NCBI GenBank assembly: GCA_043728975.1
Contig: JAYTMA010000027.1
Location: 1 to 38,465 of the forward strand
Reading direction: 5' to 3'
Source: a bacterium
GTDB lineage: Bacteria; Patescibacteriota; Minisyncoccia; Phycocordibacterales; UBA918
Length of the DNA: 38,465 nt
Part shown: one piece after another, positions 17,267-24,406 of the stretch
Position numbering within the stretch: position 1 is the stretch's first letter
Layout: each line of letters starts with the position of its first letter
Notes under the pieces: model-generated
Databases searched by the model: none
Told to the model about the DNA's origin: nothing
Seen by the model: only the letters and a program-made list of their open reading frames with translations
Position numbers and translations under genes: made by a program

Positions 17267-17728
17267 CTAGGCGGATGTTTTTACTTTAGTGATTAGAACC
17301 TCTCTTCCACCCTCGGAGATAGTTTTAAATTTTAGTAAGATATGACCAGGTAAGGCCGCCGCAATTTTTTCCGGCCATTCAATAGCAAAAAGTGTCTCCG
17401 GTGTATCGAGTAACTCCCCTAAACGCAGTGGCCCCAATTCAGTTAATGATTCAATCCGGTAAGCATCCATGTGAATGAGTTGTTTAAACTGAGGGTGATT
17501 AGTCTGATACAACTTAAGTATTGTAAAAGTTGGACTTTGCACTACTTCTTTTACTCCAAGCTCCGCCGCAAGTGCTTGTACAAAAGTAGTCTTCCCCGCC
17601 CCCAAATCACCGGAGAGACCAAGTACAGTAGCGGTACTCGAATTCCGCAATAAAGCCAGCTCGTCTAAAAAAACAGAAACGAGCTCTGGTAAGGTTGCTA
17701 AATTTTTAATGACTAACTTTTCTGGCAT
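17267..17728 (-). CDS. tsaE: tRNA t6A37 biosynthesis ATPase TsaE
   Basis: P-loop GDLGAGKTTFVQ, SPTFTI and HMDAYR motifs. The start MPEKLV at 17728 is preferred over the track start at 17752. Confidence 0.8.
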   Translation of the reverse strand: MPEKLVIKNLATLPELVSVFLDELALLRNSSTATVLGLSGDLGAGKTTFVQALAAELGVKEVVQSPTFTILKLYQTNHPQFKQLIHMDAYRIESLTELGPLRLGELLDTPETLFAIEWPEKIAAALPGHILLKFKTISEGGREVLITKVKTSA

Positions 17729-17788
17729 ACAATACAAAATAACATACCGCAATTTTTATCATTCGTACATGTTACAATATTATTTAGT

Positions 17789-19567
17789 ATGATGAATTTT
17801 AATGACAGTGTAACCAATGCCAGACTAGCTGAACTACGTAGCGAAGAAGAAGAAAAACTAGTTCAAGCCATGGCCCCCCAATATGGACTCGAGTATGTAA
17901 ATCTGCACGGGTACACCATGAATCCAGAAGCGATTGCTACCATTCCCGAAAAAAAAGCCCGTGAAGCTAGCATCGTCTCTTTTGACCACACCCATGAAAC
18001 CTTAAAGGTGGCGATGAAAAGTCCCAACAACGCGGTTACTTTGCAAATCCTAGACGAAATCCAAACCAGTAGTCGTCTCACGGTCATTCCCTTCCTTTGT
18101 TCCAGTGGTAGCCTAGAGCACGCTTGGAAACGTTACGCCGACATAGTTGCTTCTAAATCTGGCGAAAAAGGCGTGTTTGATATAAATCCAGAAGAGATAA
18201 CCAGGTTTATAAAAAACATCACCACCAAGGAAGATGCCGCGGCCATGATGGCTAAGGTCGGTGGAATCAATAATGCGCGCCGGGTTACAGAAACTCTCGA
18301 ATTAGTCTTTGCCGGTGCGATTGCTCTTCGCTCGTCTGATATCCACATCGAGCCAGAAGAGAAGGTCATCCGCTTGCGCTATCGTCTGGATGGTATTCTC
18401 TATGACATCTACGACATAGACCGTTATATCTATCAGCGAATGATGTCCCGTTTAAAGCTACTGGCAGGAATGACTCTCAATCAAAAGCAACAAGCTCAAG
18501 ATGGTCGCTTCACTTTTAACGCCGGCGACCGTGAAGTAGAAATTCGCGCCTCGGTTATTCCTGGTTCTTCCGGTGAATCTATCGTCATGCGTATCTTGGA
18601 CCCCTCAGTCGCCAGCTTTACATTAGACAAAATCGACCTCGGTCCAATCTTGCGCGAAGCGATGATGAAAGAATTAAAAAAGCCCAATGGCCTGATTGTC
18701 ACCACCGGTCCAACTGGTTCAGGTAAGACGACGGCTCTCTATGCTTTTTTGCGCGCCGCTCACACTGAGGGAGTAAAAATTATTACGATTGAAAATCCGG
18801 TCGAGTACAAGCTTGAAGGTATCGTCCAAACCCAAACCGGGGATGACTATACTTTCGAAGCCGGCTTACGAGCCGTCCTGCGTCAGGATCCCGACATCAT
18901 TATGGTGGGTGAAATCCGTGATCGTGAAGTGGCCGAAACCGCCATCCACGCCGCCCAGACTGGTCACTTAGTATTCTCTACTCTCCATACCAATAGTGCG
19001 GTCGGCGGCTTCCCGCGACTGATTGACCTCGGTATTGACGCTCGCACTCTCGGGAGCGCGGTTAGTGCTTTTTTAGGGCAAAGACTGGTCCGCCGACTTT
19101 GCCAGGAGTGTAAGCAACCGTACGAGGCTTCCGAGGCTGAATTTTCTGTCTTGGCCCAAATAATGGCCAACCATCCACAGCCGGTTGTGCTAGAAAAGCC
19201 CCTGACTCTACACAAGGCTGTTGGTTGTGCTGTTTGTGGTGGCCGCGGCTACAAGGGTCGAATGGGTATTTTTGAAGCGGTCTTGATGGATGAAGCCGTG
19301 GAAGAGGTGGTAATTAGAGACCCGCGCGAACATCTCATTTTGCAAGCAGCGAGACCCCAAGGTATCCCAACCCTAGTAGAAGACGGAGCCGAGAAAGTCA
19401 TCCGCGGCGATACCACTTTGGAAGAACTGGAGCGGGTAGTAGAATTGCCAAAAATTAATCCGCCCGCCCCTACCCCACCCCCTACCCCTACTATCACAAA
19501 CGCACCGGAAACCCTAGAGAAGCCAGCCGATAAACCTGATCCGTTCCTTTCCCACATCATCACTTAA
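17789..19567 (+). CDS. pilB: GspE/PilB-family secretion/type IV pilus assembly ATPase
   Basis: T2SSE N-terminal domain, Walker A GPTGSGKTT, Asp box, Walker B IMVGEIRD, His box STLHTN, and a tetracysteine cluster CQEC..CAVCGG. It carries an unusual Pro/Thr-rich ~45-aa C-terminal tail. Confidence 0.9.
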   Translation: MMNFNDSVTNARLAELRSEEEEKLVQAMAPQYGLEYVNLHGYTMNPEAIATIPEKKAREASIVSFDHTHETLKVAMKSPNNAVTLQILDEIQTSSRLTVIPFLCSSGSLEHAWKRYADIVASKSGEKGVFDINPEEITRFIKNITTKEDAAAMMAKVGGINNARRVTETLELVFAGAIALRSSDIHIEPEEKVIRLRYRLDGILYDIYDIDRYIYQRMMSRLKLLAGMTLNQKQQAQDGRFTFNAGDREVEIRASVIPGSSGESIVMRILDPSVASFTLDKIDLGPILREAMMKELKKPNGLIVTTGPTGSGKTTALYAFLRAAHTEGVKIITIENPVEYKLEGIVQTQTGDDYTFEAGLRAVLRQDPDIIMVGEIRDREVAETAIHAAQTGHLVFSTLHTNSAVGGFPRLIDLGIDARTLGSAVSAFLGQRLVRRLCQECKQPYEASEAEFSVLAQIMANHPQPVVLEKPLTLHKAVGCAVCGGRGYKGRMGIFEAVLMDEAVEEVVIRDPREHLILQAARPQGIPTLVEDGAEKVIRGDTTLEELERVVELPKINPPAPTPPPTPTITNAPETLEKPADKPDPFLSHIIT

Positions 19568-19590
19568 AATCGTTAATCCAGATGAAAGAT

Positions 19591-19619
19591 AAAAAACCGC
19601 TCTGGTCAAGCGGTTTTTT
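19591..19619 (+). terminator. Intrinsic terminator after pilB
   Basis: AAAAAACCGC-TCTGGTCAA-GCGGTTTTTT. Confidence 0.7.
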
Positions 19620-19670
19620 ATTACTGCTGTGCTATAGTCAAAAGTAGTTACCCGATCCTACTCATTAGTT

Positions 19671-19808
19671 CCAGAATATAACTCTCTAAGCAAGGCTTCC
19701 GCATTGAAAGTGAATACCGCGCTAAGAAAGCATGTAGCACCCTCACTCAAGGTGAGAGCCACAAACCCCTCGCAACGTATCCAAGTTGCTTAGAGAGTTA
19801 TCGTCTGG
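19671..19808 (+). ncRNA. Candidate structured RNA of unknown class (138 nt, closed by a 5+16 bp helix); strand not established
   Basis: CCAGA(19671-75)/TCTGG(19804-08) and ATAACTCTCTAAGCAA(19678-93)/TTGCTTAGAGAGTTAT(19786-801) pair perfectly around a 92-nt interior that includes the hairpin CTCAC-TCAAG-GTGAG. A possible extended -10 (TGcTATAGT, 19630-19638) lies upstream. No coding potential. Confidence 0.35.
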
Positions 19809-19901
19809 AATTTTAGAAACTAAAGAAAGAAAGGTTGGCAACAAACATCAATTTATTGCCGAGAACAACTTTACTCCTATATACTAGCACAGATAAATTA
19901 T

Positions 19902-19939
19902 TTGTCAATTATTGACAAGAGTTATGTGTGTGTTAGATT
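19902..19939 (+). promoter_or_regulatory. Sigma70-type promoter with a palindromic operator over the -35
   Basis: TTGACA (19912-17), a 16-nt spacer, then TAGATT (19934-39). The inverted repeat TTGTCAAT-T-ATTGACAA (19902-19918) covers the -35. An AAGGAG SD sits at 19977-82, 9 nt before the ATG at 19992. Confidence 0.5.
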
Positions 19940-19991
19940 ATTTGCGTTACCTGTTCCTCAACCGTCAGCAACTTAAAAGGAGTCTGACAAC

Positions 19992-20405
19992 ATGCCCACC
20001 AAAACCAACCAACTCGACCTCGCTCAGCGCATCGCCGAACACGTGGCCCGCACTTCCGAGCCACGCCCTTGCAGTTCCTCCCTCAGTGACGGTGATGATG
20101 ACCCGAAACAGGAACCCATCGGCAAGGTGCCCGTGCACTTGCGCCACCTGCACAACCTGCTCGAGGACCTCGCCAACGATGCCGACGCGGTGGAACGCGA
20201 GTACCACGAGCGCAAGGCGCTCATGAGTGCCGTGCGAGACCTGTTCTTCACCTCGCTGAAGACCCACGTCCCCGATCCCGAGGGTGCGAGCTGCATCATG
20301 ATCCGCAATGACTGGAGCGTCATCGCCAACATGGGCGATGGCAGCGACTCCGACTTGGCCAGCATGATCGCCGCCACGATCATCACCGGAGGCAGGCGTC
20401 GCTAA
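19992..20405 (+). CDS. Hypothetical protein (137 aa) with strongly G+C-rich, GC3-biased coding sequence, probably of foreign origin
   Basis: It has a canonical SD and ATG and is followed by a strong terminator. Codons end overwhelmingly in G/C (CTC, GAC, GCC, CGC, CTG, ATC). I recognise no family for MPTKTNQLDLAQRIAEHV...IITGGRRR. Confidence 0.6.
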   Translation: MPTKTNQLDLAQRIAEHVARTSEPRPCSSSLSDGDDDPKQEPIGKVPVHLRHLHNLLEDLANDADAVEREYHERKALMSAVRDLFFTSLKTHVPDPEGASCIMIRNDWSVIANMGDGSDSDLASMIAATIITGGRRR

Positions 20406-20461
20406 CGAGCCTCAGCCACCCTCGCGGAACCCCCGCATCAACCCGCCTTTGAGCGGCTACG

Positions 20462-20501
20462 GAAACCCTCCGTCAGCTGTATCAACGGCGGGTTTCTTTT
20501 T
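20462..20501 (+). terminator. Intrinsic terminator of the high-GC ORF
   Basis: GAAACCCTCCGT-CAGCTGTATCA-ACGGCGGGTTTC (11 bp, one mismatch) followed by TTTTT. Confidence 0.7.
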
Positions 20502-20524
20502 ATATACAAATGGTTCGTACCACC

Positions 20525-20556
20525 AGAGTGCTTCCTGCCCCGGGCACTCTTTTTTA
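20525..20556 (+). terminator. Second, tandem hairpin + T-run
   Basis: AGAGTGC-12 nt-GCACTCT followed by TTTTTT. Confidence 0.5.
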
Positions 20557-20629
20557 CTCCGGAATCCACGTTAATTATTTAATTTTCTAAAGACAAGAAA
20601 TAAAACCCTTAATTTGCTATCATATTGGC

Positions 20630-21637
20630 ATGGCAGAAAACACTACCCCAAAAACTATAAAGCGCGATACCGCTAGCAACCTTGATCAGTCCCTGCGCCC
20701 ACAAACCTGGGAGAATTACGTTGGTCAGGAAAAAATTAAAGAGAATTTACGGATTTTATTGACCGCCGCCAAGGAGCGCGGGCACGCGGCTGAGCATGTC
20801 TTACTTTATGGACCACCTGGACTAGGGAAGACAACCCTGGCCCACCTAATTGCCAAAACCCTCGGCACCAACATGCGCTCCACCTCGGGCCCAGCGATTG
20901 AGCGAGTCGGAGACCTGGCCGCTATTTTAACTAATCTCTCCCCGGGCGATGTGCTTTTTATTGATGAAATTCACCGCCTATCAAAAACTATTGAAGAGGT
21001 CCTCTACCCCGCTATGGAATCAGGGGTACTCGATATTATTATCGGCAAAGGCCCGTCGGCTAGAACCGTCCAGCTCGATTTACCACCCTTTACCATGGTC
21101 GCCGCTACCACCCGCATCTCCATGCTCTCAGCCCCATTACGGTCTCGTTTTTCCGGCGGTACTTTCCGCCTAGAGTTTTACTCAAGCGAAGAAATAGCGC
21201 AGATACTAAAGCACTCAACTGAGACTTTGAGTATCGTCGCTGATAAGGATACAATTATGACAATTGCAGAGCGGAGTAGAGCCACCCCTCGTACCGCCAA
21301 TTACCTGCTCAAGCGTTGTCGCGACATGGCTCAACTAGCCGCTTGCGATCTTACTTCCGACATTATCTCGCAAACCTTTACCCTCTTAGGGGTAGACAAT
21401 CTAGGACTAAACGCTCAAGACCGAGCGATACTAGAGGTCATAATTCAAAAATTTAATGGTGGTCCGGTTGGTCTTAACACCATCGCGGCCGCTACCGGTG
21501 AAGAACAAGCCACTATCGAGGACGTAATTGAACCCTATCTTATCCGACTTGGTCTACTGGAGCGGACTCCCCGCGGGCGAGTAGCCACGAGCGACGGTTA
21601 TAAACATTTACAAGCCCATACTATAAATTCAAAATAA
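20630..21637 (+). CDS. ruvB: Holliday junction branch migration DNA helicase RuvB
   Basis: LRPQTWENYVGQEK, Walker A GPPGLGKTTLA, Walker B LFIDEIHRL, and sensor/arginine finger motifs. Confidence 0.95.
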   Translation: MAENTTPKTIKRDTASNLDQSLRPQTWENYVGQEKIKENLRILLTAAKERGHAAEHVLLYGPPGLGKTTLAHLIAKTLGTNMRSTSGPAIERVGDLAAILTNLSPGDVLFIDEIHRLSKTIEEVLYPAMESGVLDIIIGKGPSARTVQLDLPPFTMVAATTRISMLSAPLRSRFSGGTFRLEFYSSEEIAQILKHSTETLSIVADKDTIMTIAERSRATPRTANYLLKRCRDMAQLAACDLTSDIISQTFTLLGVDNLGLNAQDRAILEVIIQKFNGGPVGLNTIAAATGEEQATIEDVIEPYLIRLGLLERTPRGRVATSDGYKHLQAHTINSK

Positions 21638-21639
21638 TT

Positions 21640-22179
21640 ATGTCCGGACATAATAAGTGGTCAAAAATTAAACACAAAAAAGCGGCGACCGATTCGCAAA
21701 AGAGTAAAGTCTTTTCTAAGCACTCCAGTTTAATTACCATGGAATCCAGGCTTTGTGGTGGAGACGTAAATTCACCTAGTCTTTACGCCGCCATTGAAAG
21801 AGCCAAGAAAGACTCTATGCCGAAAGAGAACATCGAACGAGCAGTAGCTAAAGGCAAGGGTAATGATGGCTCACAGTTACACGAGGTACTGTTTGAAACC
21901 TACGGCCCGGGTGGGGTAGCTATGCTCATCACCGCCGTCACTGATAACAACAACCGCACCAGTCAAGAAATAAAACACACCCTAACTCGTCTTGGCTACC
22001 AGCTTGGTGGTCCTGGTTCATCTTGCTGGGCTTTTACCAAGAAAGACCTTATCTATTCTCCCAACACATCGCTATCTCTATCAGAAGAAGATGGCGAGCA
22101 ATTATCTCACTTAATAGAAGCCTTGGAGGAACAGGCCGATGTTCATGATATCTTTACGACCGCCGATGAGCCAACTTAA
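21640..22179 (+). CDS. yebC: YebC/PmpR-family transcriptional regulator (short, 179 aa)
   Basis: MSGHNKWSKIKHKKAATDSQKSK.F.K, AIERAKKDSMPKENIERAV, YETYGPGGVAMLI..TDN.NRT. It is about 60 aa shorter than typical family members. Confidence 0.8.
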   Translation: MSGHNKWSKIKHKKAATDSQKSKVFSKHSSLITMESRLCGGDVNSPSLYAAIERAKKDSMPKENIERAVAKGKGNDGSQLHEVLFETYGPGGVAMLITAVTDNNNRTSQEIKHTLTRLGYQLGGPGSSCWAFTKKDLIYSPNTSLSLSEEDGEQLSHLIEALEEQADVHDIFTTADEPT

Positions 22180-22185
22180 AAAGAA

Positions 22186-22677
22186 ATGAAACCCCCCCTA
22201 CGAGTATTAGCGATTGATCCAGGTTACGATCGGGTCGGTTTGGCTGTGGTAGAAAAAGACGGGACTAAAGAAAAGGTAATTTACTCTACTTGTATCGAAA
22301 CCAAGCGTCAAGAAACCCTGGCCGAACGTTTACTCACCGTCGGCGAAGCCATTGAAAAGAACTTGCTCGAATTTTCACCCCAGGCTGTAGCGATTGAAAC
22401 TCTGTTCTTTAATAAAAATATCAAGACCGCCATCGGAGTAGCTCAAGCTAGAGGAGTTATTATGTATTTAGCTAAAAAGGCTGGTTGTGAGATTTACGAA
22501 TACGGTCCGCAAGAAATAAAGGTTGCTATTACTGGTTATGGTAAGAGTGACAAGACGGCGGTTTTGGCTATGGTTAAGCGTCTGGTTGGCAATGTCCCCG
22601 AATCGGCTTTGGATGATGAATACGATGCCATCGCTGTTGGGGTTACCTGCCTTGCACAATACGGCCAGTCTAGGTAA
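22186..22677 (+). CDS. ruvC: Crossover junction endodeoxyribonuclease RuvC
   Basis: VLAIDPGYDRVGLAV, AIETLFFNKN, GYGKSDK and DEYDAIAVG, the RuvC catalytic acidic residue contexts. Confidence 0.9.
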   Translation: MKPPLRVLAIDPGYDRVGLAVVEKDGTKEKVIYSTCIETKRQETLAERLLTVGEAIEKNLLEFSPQAVAIETLFFNKNIKTAIGVAQARGVIMYLAKKAGCEIYEYGPQEIKVAITGYGKSDKTAVLAMVKRLVGNVPESALDDEYDAIAVGVTCLAQYGQSR

Positions 22678-22748
22678 AATCGCAGACGGGTATAGCGTAG
22701 TTGATATTTTTTACTAACTCTGCTAAAACAATCCCTAATTAGTAATCA

Positions 22749-23021
22749 ATGAACGTTATGGTATTTTTACGACGCGATGATGATGAGGTAGAGACCCCCG
22801 AAGATGAAGAGGCTACTTTAGCCGACGATATTCTTGATGAAGTGGAAGAGGAGGTGGCTGATGTCGTTGAACCAGGCGATTTGGAAGGATTTGGTTTAAT
22901 TACAGAAACAGCAGATGTGGAAGAGGTAGCGGAAGACGAAAAAGAAGAAGGCGACGTGCCCTTGGAAGAAGATGCTGAGGATGTTGATTTTGACACCTTT
23001 GACGACGTGGATGAGATGTAA
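22749..23021 (+). CDS. Small hyper-acidic hypothetical protein (90 aa)
   Basis: The D/E-rich ORF (..DDDEVETPEDEEATLADDILDEVEEEVADVVEPGD..FDDVDEM) ends 18 nt before a strong bidirectional terminator. The Ser-rich ORF on the opposite strand is its mirror image. Confidence 0.35.
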   Translation: MNVMVFLRRDDDEVETPEDEEATLADDILDEVEEEVADVVEPGDLEGFGLITETADVEEVAEDEKEEGDVPLEEDAEDVDFDTFDDVDEM

Positions 23022-23038
23022 TTTCATCCTCCATAAAT

Positions 23039-23077
23039 AAAAGACTGCCGGTACTTACAAAGTACCGGCAGTCTTTT
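23039..23077. terminator. Bidirectional intrinsic terminator between convergent genes
   Basis: AAAAGACTGCCGGTACT-TACAA-AGTACCGGCAGTCTTTT is a perfect 15-bp stem with A/T runs on both sides. Confidence 0.75.
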
Positions 23078-23087
23078 ACTTATTTTT

Positions 23088-24329
23088 CTATTTTAAAGTT
23101 AGCAGGGACACATTTTTTTTACCCCGCTTCAGATGAACCAAATCTCCATTTTGATTTTTATCTAGAGCGTAAGACAAATCAATGACTTTTTCCCCGTTTA
23201 TTGCCACCGCTCCACTTTCAATAAAAGTCCTAGCTTCTCTTTTACTTGAAGCTAATTCACTTGCAACTAGAGCCTCTACTAATAACGTGCCATTATTAAG
23301 CGCAGTTGTCGGGGCGTTAGTGAGCAGGATAGTTTTCTCTTCCGTAGATAGCTCAGCCATGGAGACCTCACCAAAGAGACAGGAAGTGGCTTTTTCAACG
23401 TTATTGCCAAGCCCATCTCCATGCACCAACTTAGTTACTTCCTTAGCTAGTAACTTTTGTGCCTCTCTTAGTCCGGGACTAGCTAGCAACGTCGCTTCGA
23501 TTTCGGCTATTTGCTCAGGCTCTAAAAAAGTAAAGAGTTTCAAATAATCAATTACATCTGTATCGGGTACATTCAACCAAAATTGATAGAAGGCAAATGG
23601 TGACGTCTTCTCGGCATCGAGCCACACCGCGTTTCCTTCACTTTTACCAAACTTCTTACCGGTACTTTTATCGACAATTAGCGGCACAGTTAAAACGTGG
23701 ACCTCCGCTTTTTCCACTCGACGAATGAGATCTATTCCTGATACCATATTTCCCCACTGATCTCCGCCACCCACCTGGAGGGTACAACCATATTGTCGAT
23801 ATAAAGTAAGATAATCATAAGCCTGTAGCAGGGGGTAAGCAAACTCGGTATAAGAGAGACCAGTCTGACTTGCTAATCTTTTCGCAATAGCGTCTTTTTT
23901 AATTAATTCATTCACCGTGAAGTGTTTGCCTATATCTCGCAAGAATTCGAGCAGACTTAATGAGGATAACCAGTCGTAATTATCTATAAAAGTAATTGAC
24001 CCAGCCCCTAGGATAGTTTCAGCCTGCCTTTTAATTTTTTCCACCCGCATTGCCACTTCTACTTGGCTAGATAGAGTTCTTTCTTTGTCTGGTTTTGGGT
24101 CACCAATCAACCCCGTTCCACCGCCAACCAAAAACATCACCTTGTGTCCATCATTTACCAAATGTTTCAACAGCAGCCAAATAATAAAATTACCCACATG
24201 AGCTGAATCGGCCGTCGGATCAATCCCATGGTAAACCATCCTCTTTTCATTATTAATAATAACCGCTAAAGAGTCAGCTGAAAACTGACCAACAAAACCC
24301 CGCCACTCTAGTTCTTCCGCTAAATTCAT
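23088..24329 (-). CDS. tyrS: Tyrosine--tRNA ligase
   Basis: HIGH-type motif DSAHVGN, KMSKS-type motif KFGKS, and a C-terminal S4-like domain (SKREARTFIESGAVAINGEKV). Confidence 0.95.
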   Translation of the reverse strand: MNLAEELEWRGFVGQFSADSLAVIINNEKRMVYHGIDPTADSAHVGNFIIWLLLKHLVNDGHKVMFLVGGGTGLIGDPKPDKERTLSSQVEVAMRVEKIKRQAETILGAGSITFIDNYDWLSSLSLLEFLRDIGKHFTVNELIKKDAIAKRLASQTGLSYTEFAYPLLQAYDYLTLYRQYGCTLQVGGGDQWGNMVSGIDLIRRVEKAEVHVLTVPLIVDKSTGKKFGKSEGNAVWLDAEKTSPFAFYQFWLNVPDTDVIDYLKLFTFLEPEQIAEIEATLLASPGLREAQKLLAKEVTKLVHGDGLGNNVEKATSCLFGEVSMAELSTEEKTILLTNAPTTALNNGTLLVEALVASELASSKREARTFIESGAVAINGEKVIDLSYALDKNQNGDLVHLKRGKKNVSLLTLK

Positions 24330-24406
24330 AAAAATACTCTAGCACAGAATCACCCTAATTTGTCTAGACAAGTTGTGCTACTATTGGCCATATAAGCATC
24401 TTGGCT

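Noticed and set aside
19671-19808. Retron msr-msd (flanking inverted repeats a1/a2) or a type III toxin-antitoxin RNA.
   Set aside because: No reverse transcriptase gene lies adjacent, as the next ORF is 137 aa with no RT motifs. There is no tandem repeat array as in ToxI. The feature is kept only as a generic structured-RNA candidate.
19912-20386. Three additional long ORFs overlapping the high-GC gene (19912..20226 +, 19965..20267 -, 20024..20386 -).
   Set aside because: Stop codons are rare in every frame of G+C-rich DNA. Only 19992..20405 has a canonical SD and ATG, sits downstream of the promoter, and ends at the terminator. The 19912 ORF would start on the TTG of the -35 hexamer itself.
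19902-20556. Engineered or marker cassette, suggested by a native-looking promoter plus a high-GC ORF plus double terminators.
   Set aside because: The protein does not resemble any selection marker I know; for example, it does not match the hygromycin phosphotransferase N-terminus. Natural horizontal transfer or a misassembly are simpler explanations and are listed as checks.
22739-22996. An 85-aa Ser-rich ORF on the minus strand.
   Set aside because: It is the antisense mirror of the GAA/GAT-rich acidic ORF, and low-complexity composition keeps both strands open. The plus-strand ORF is oriented toward the terminator together with ruvC. Neither ORF is strongly supported.
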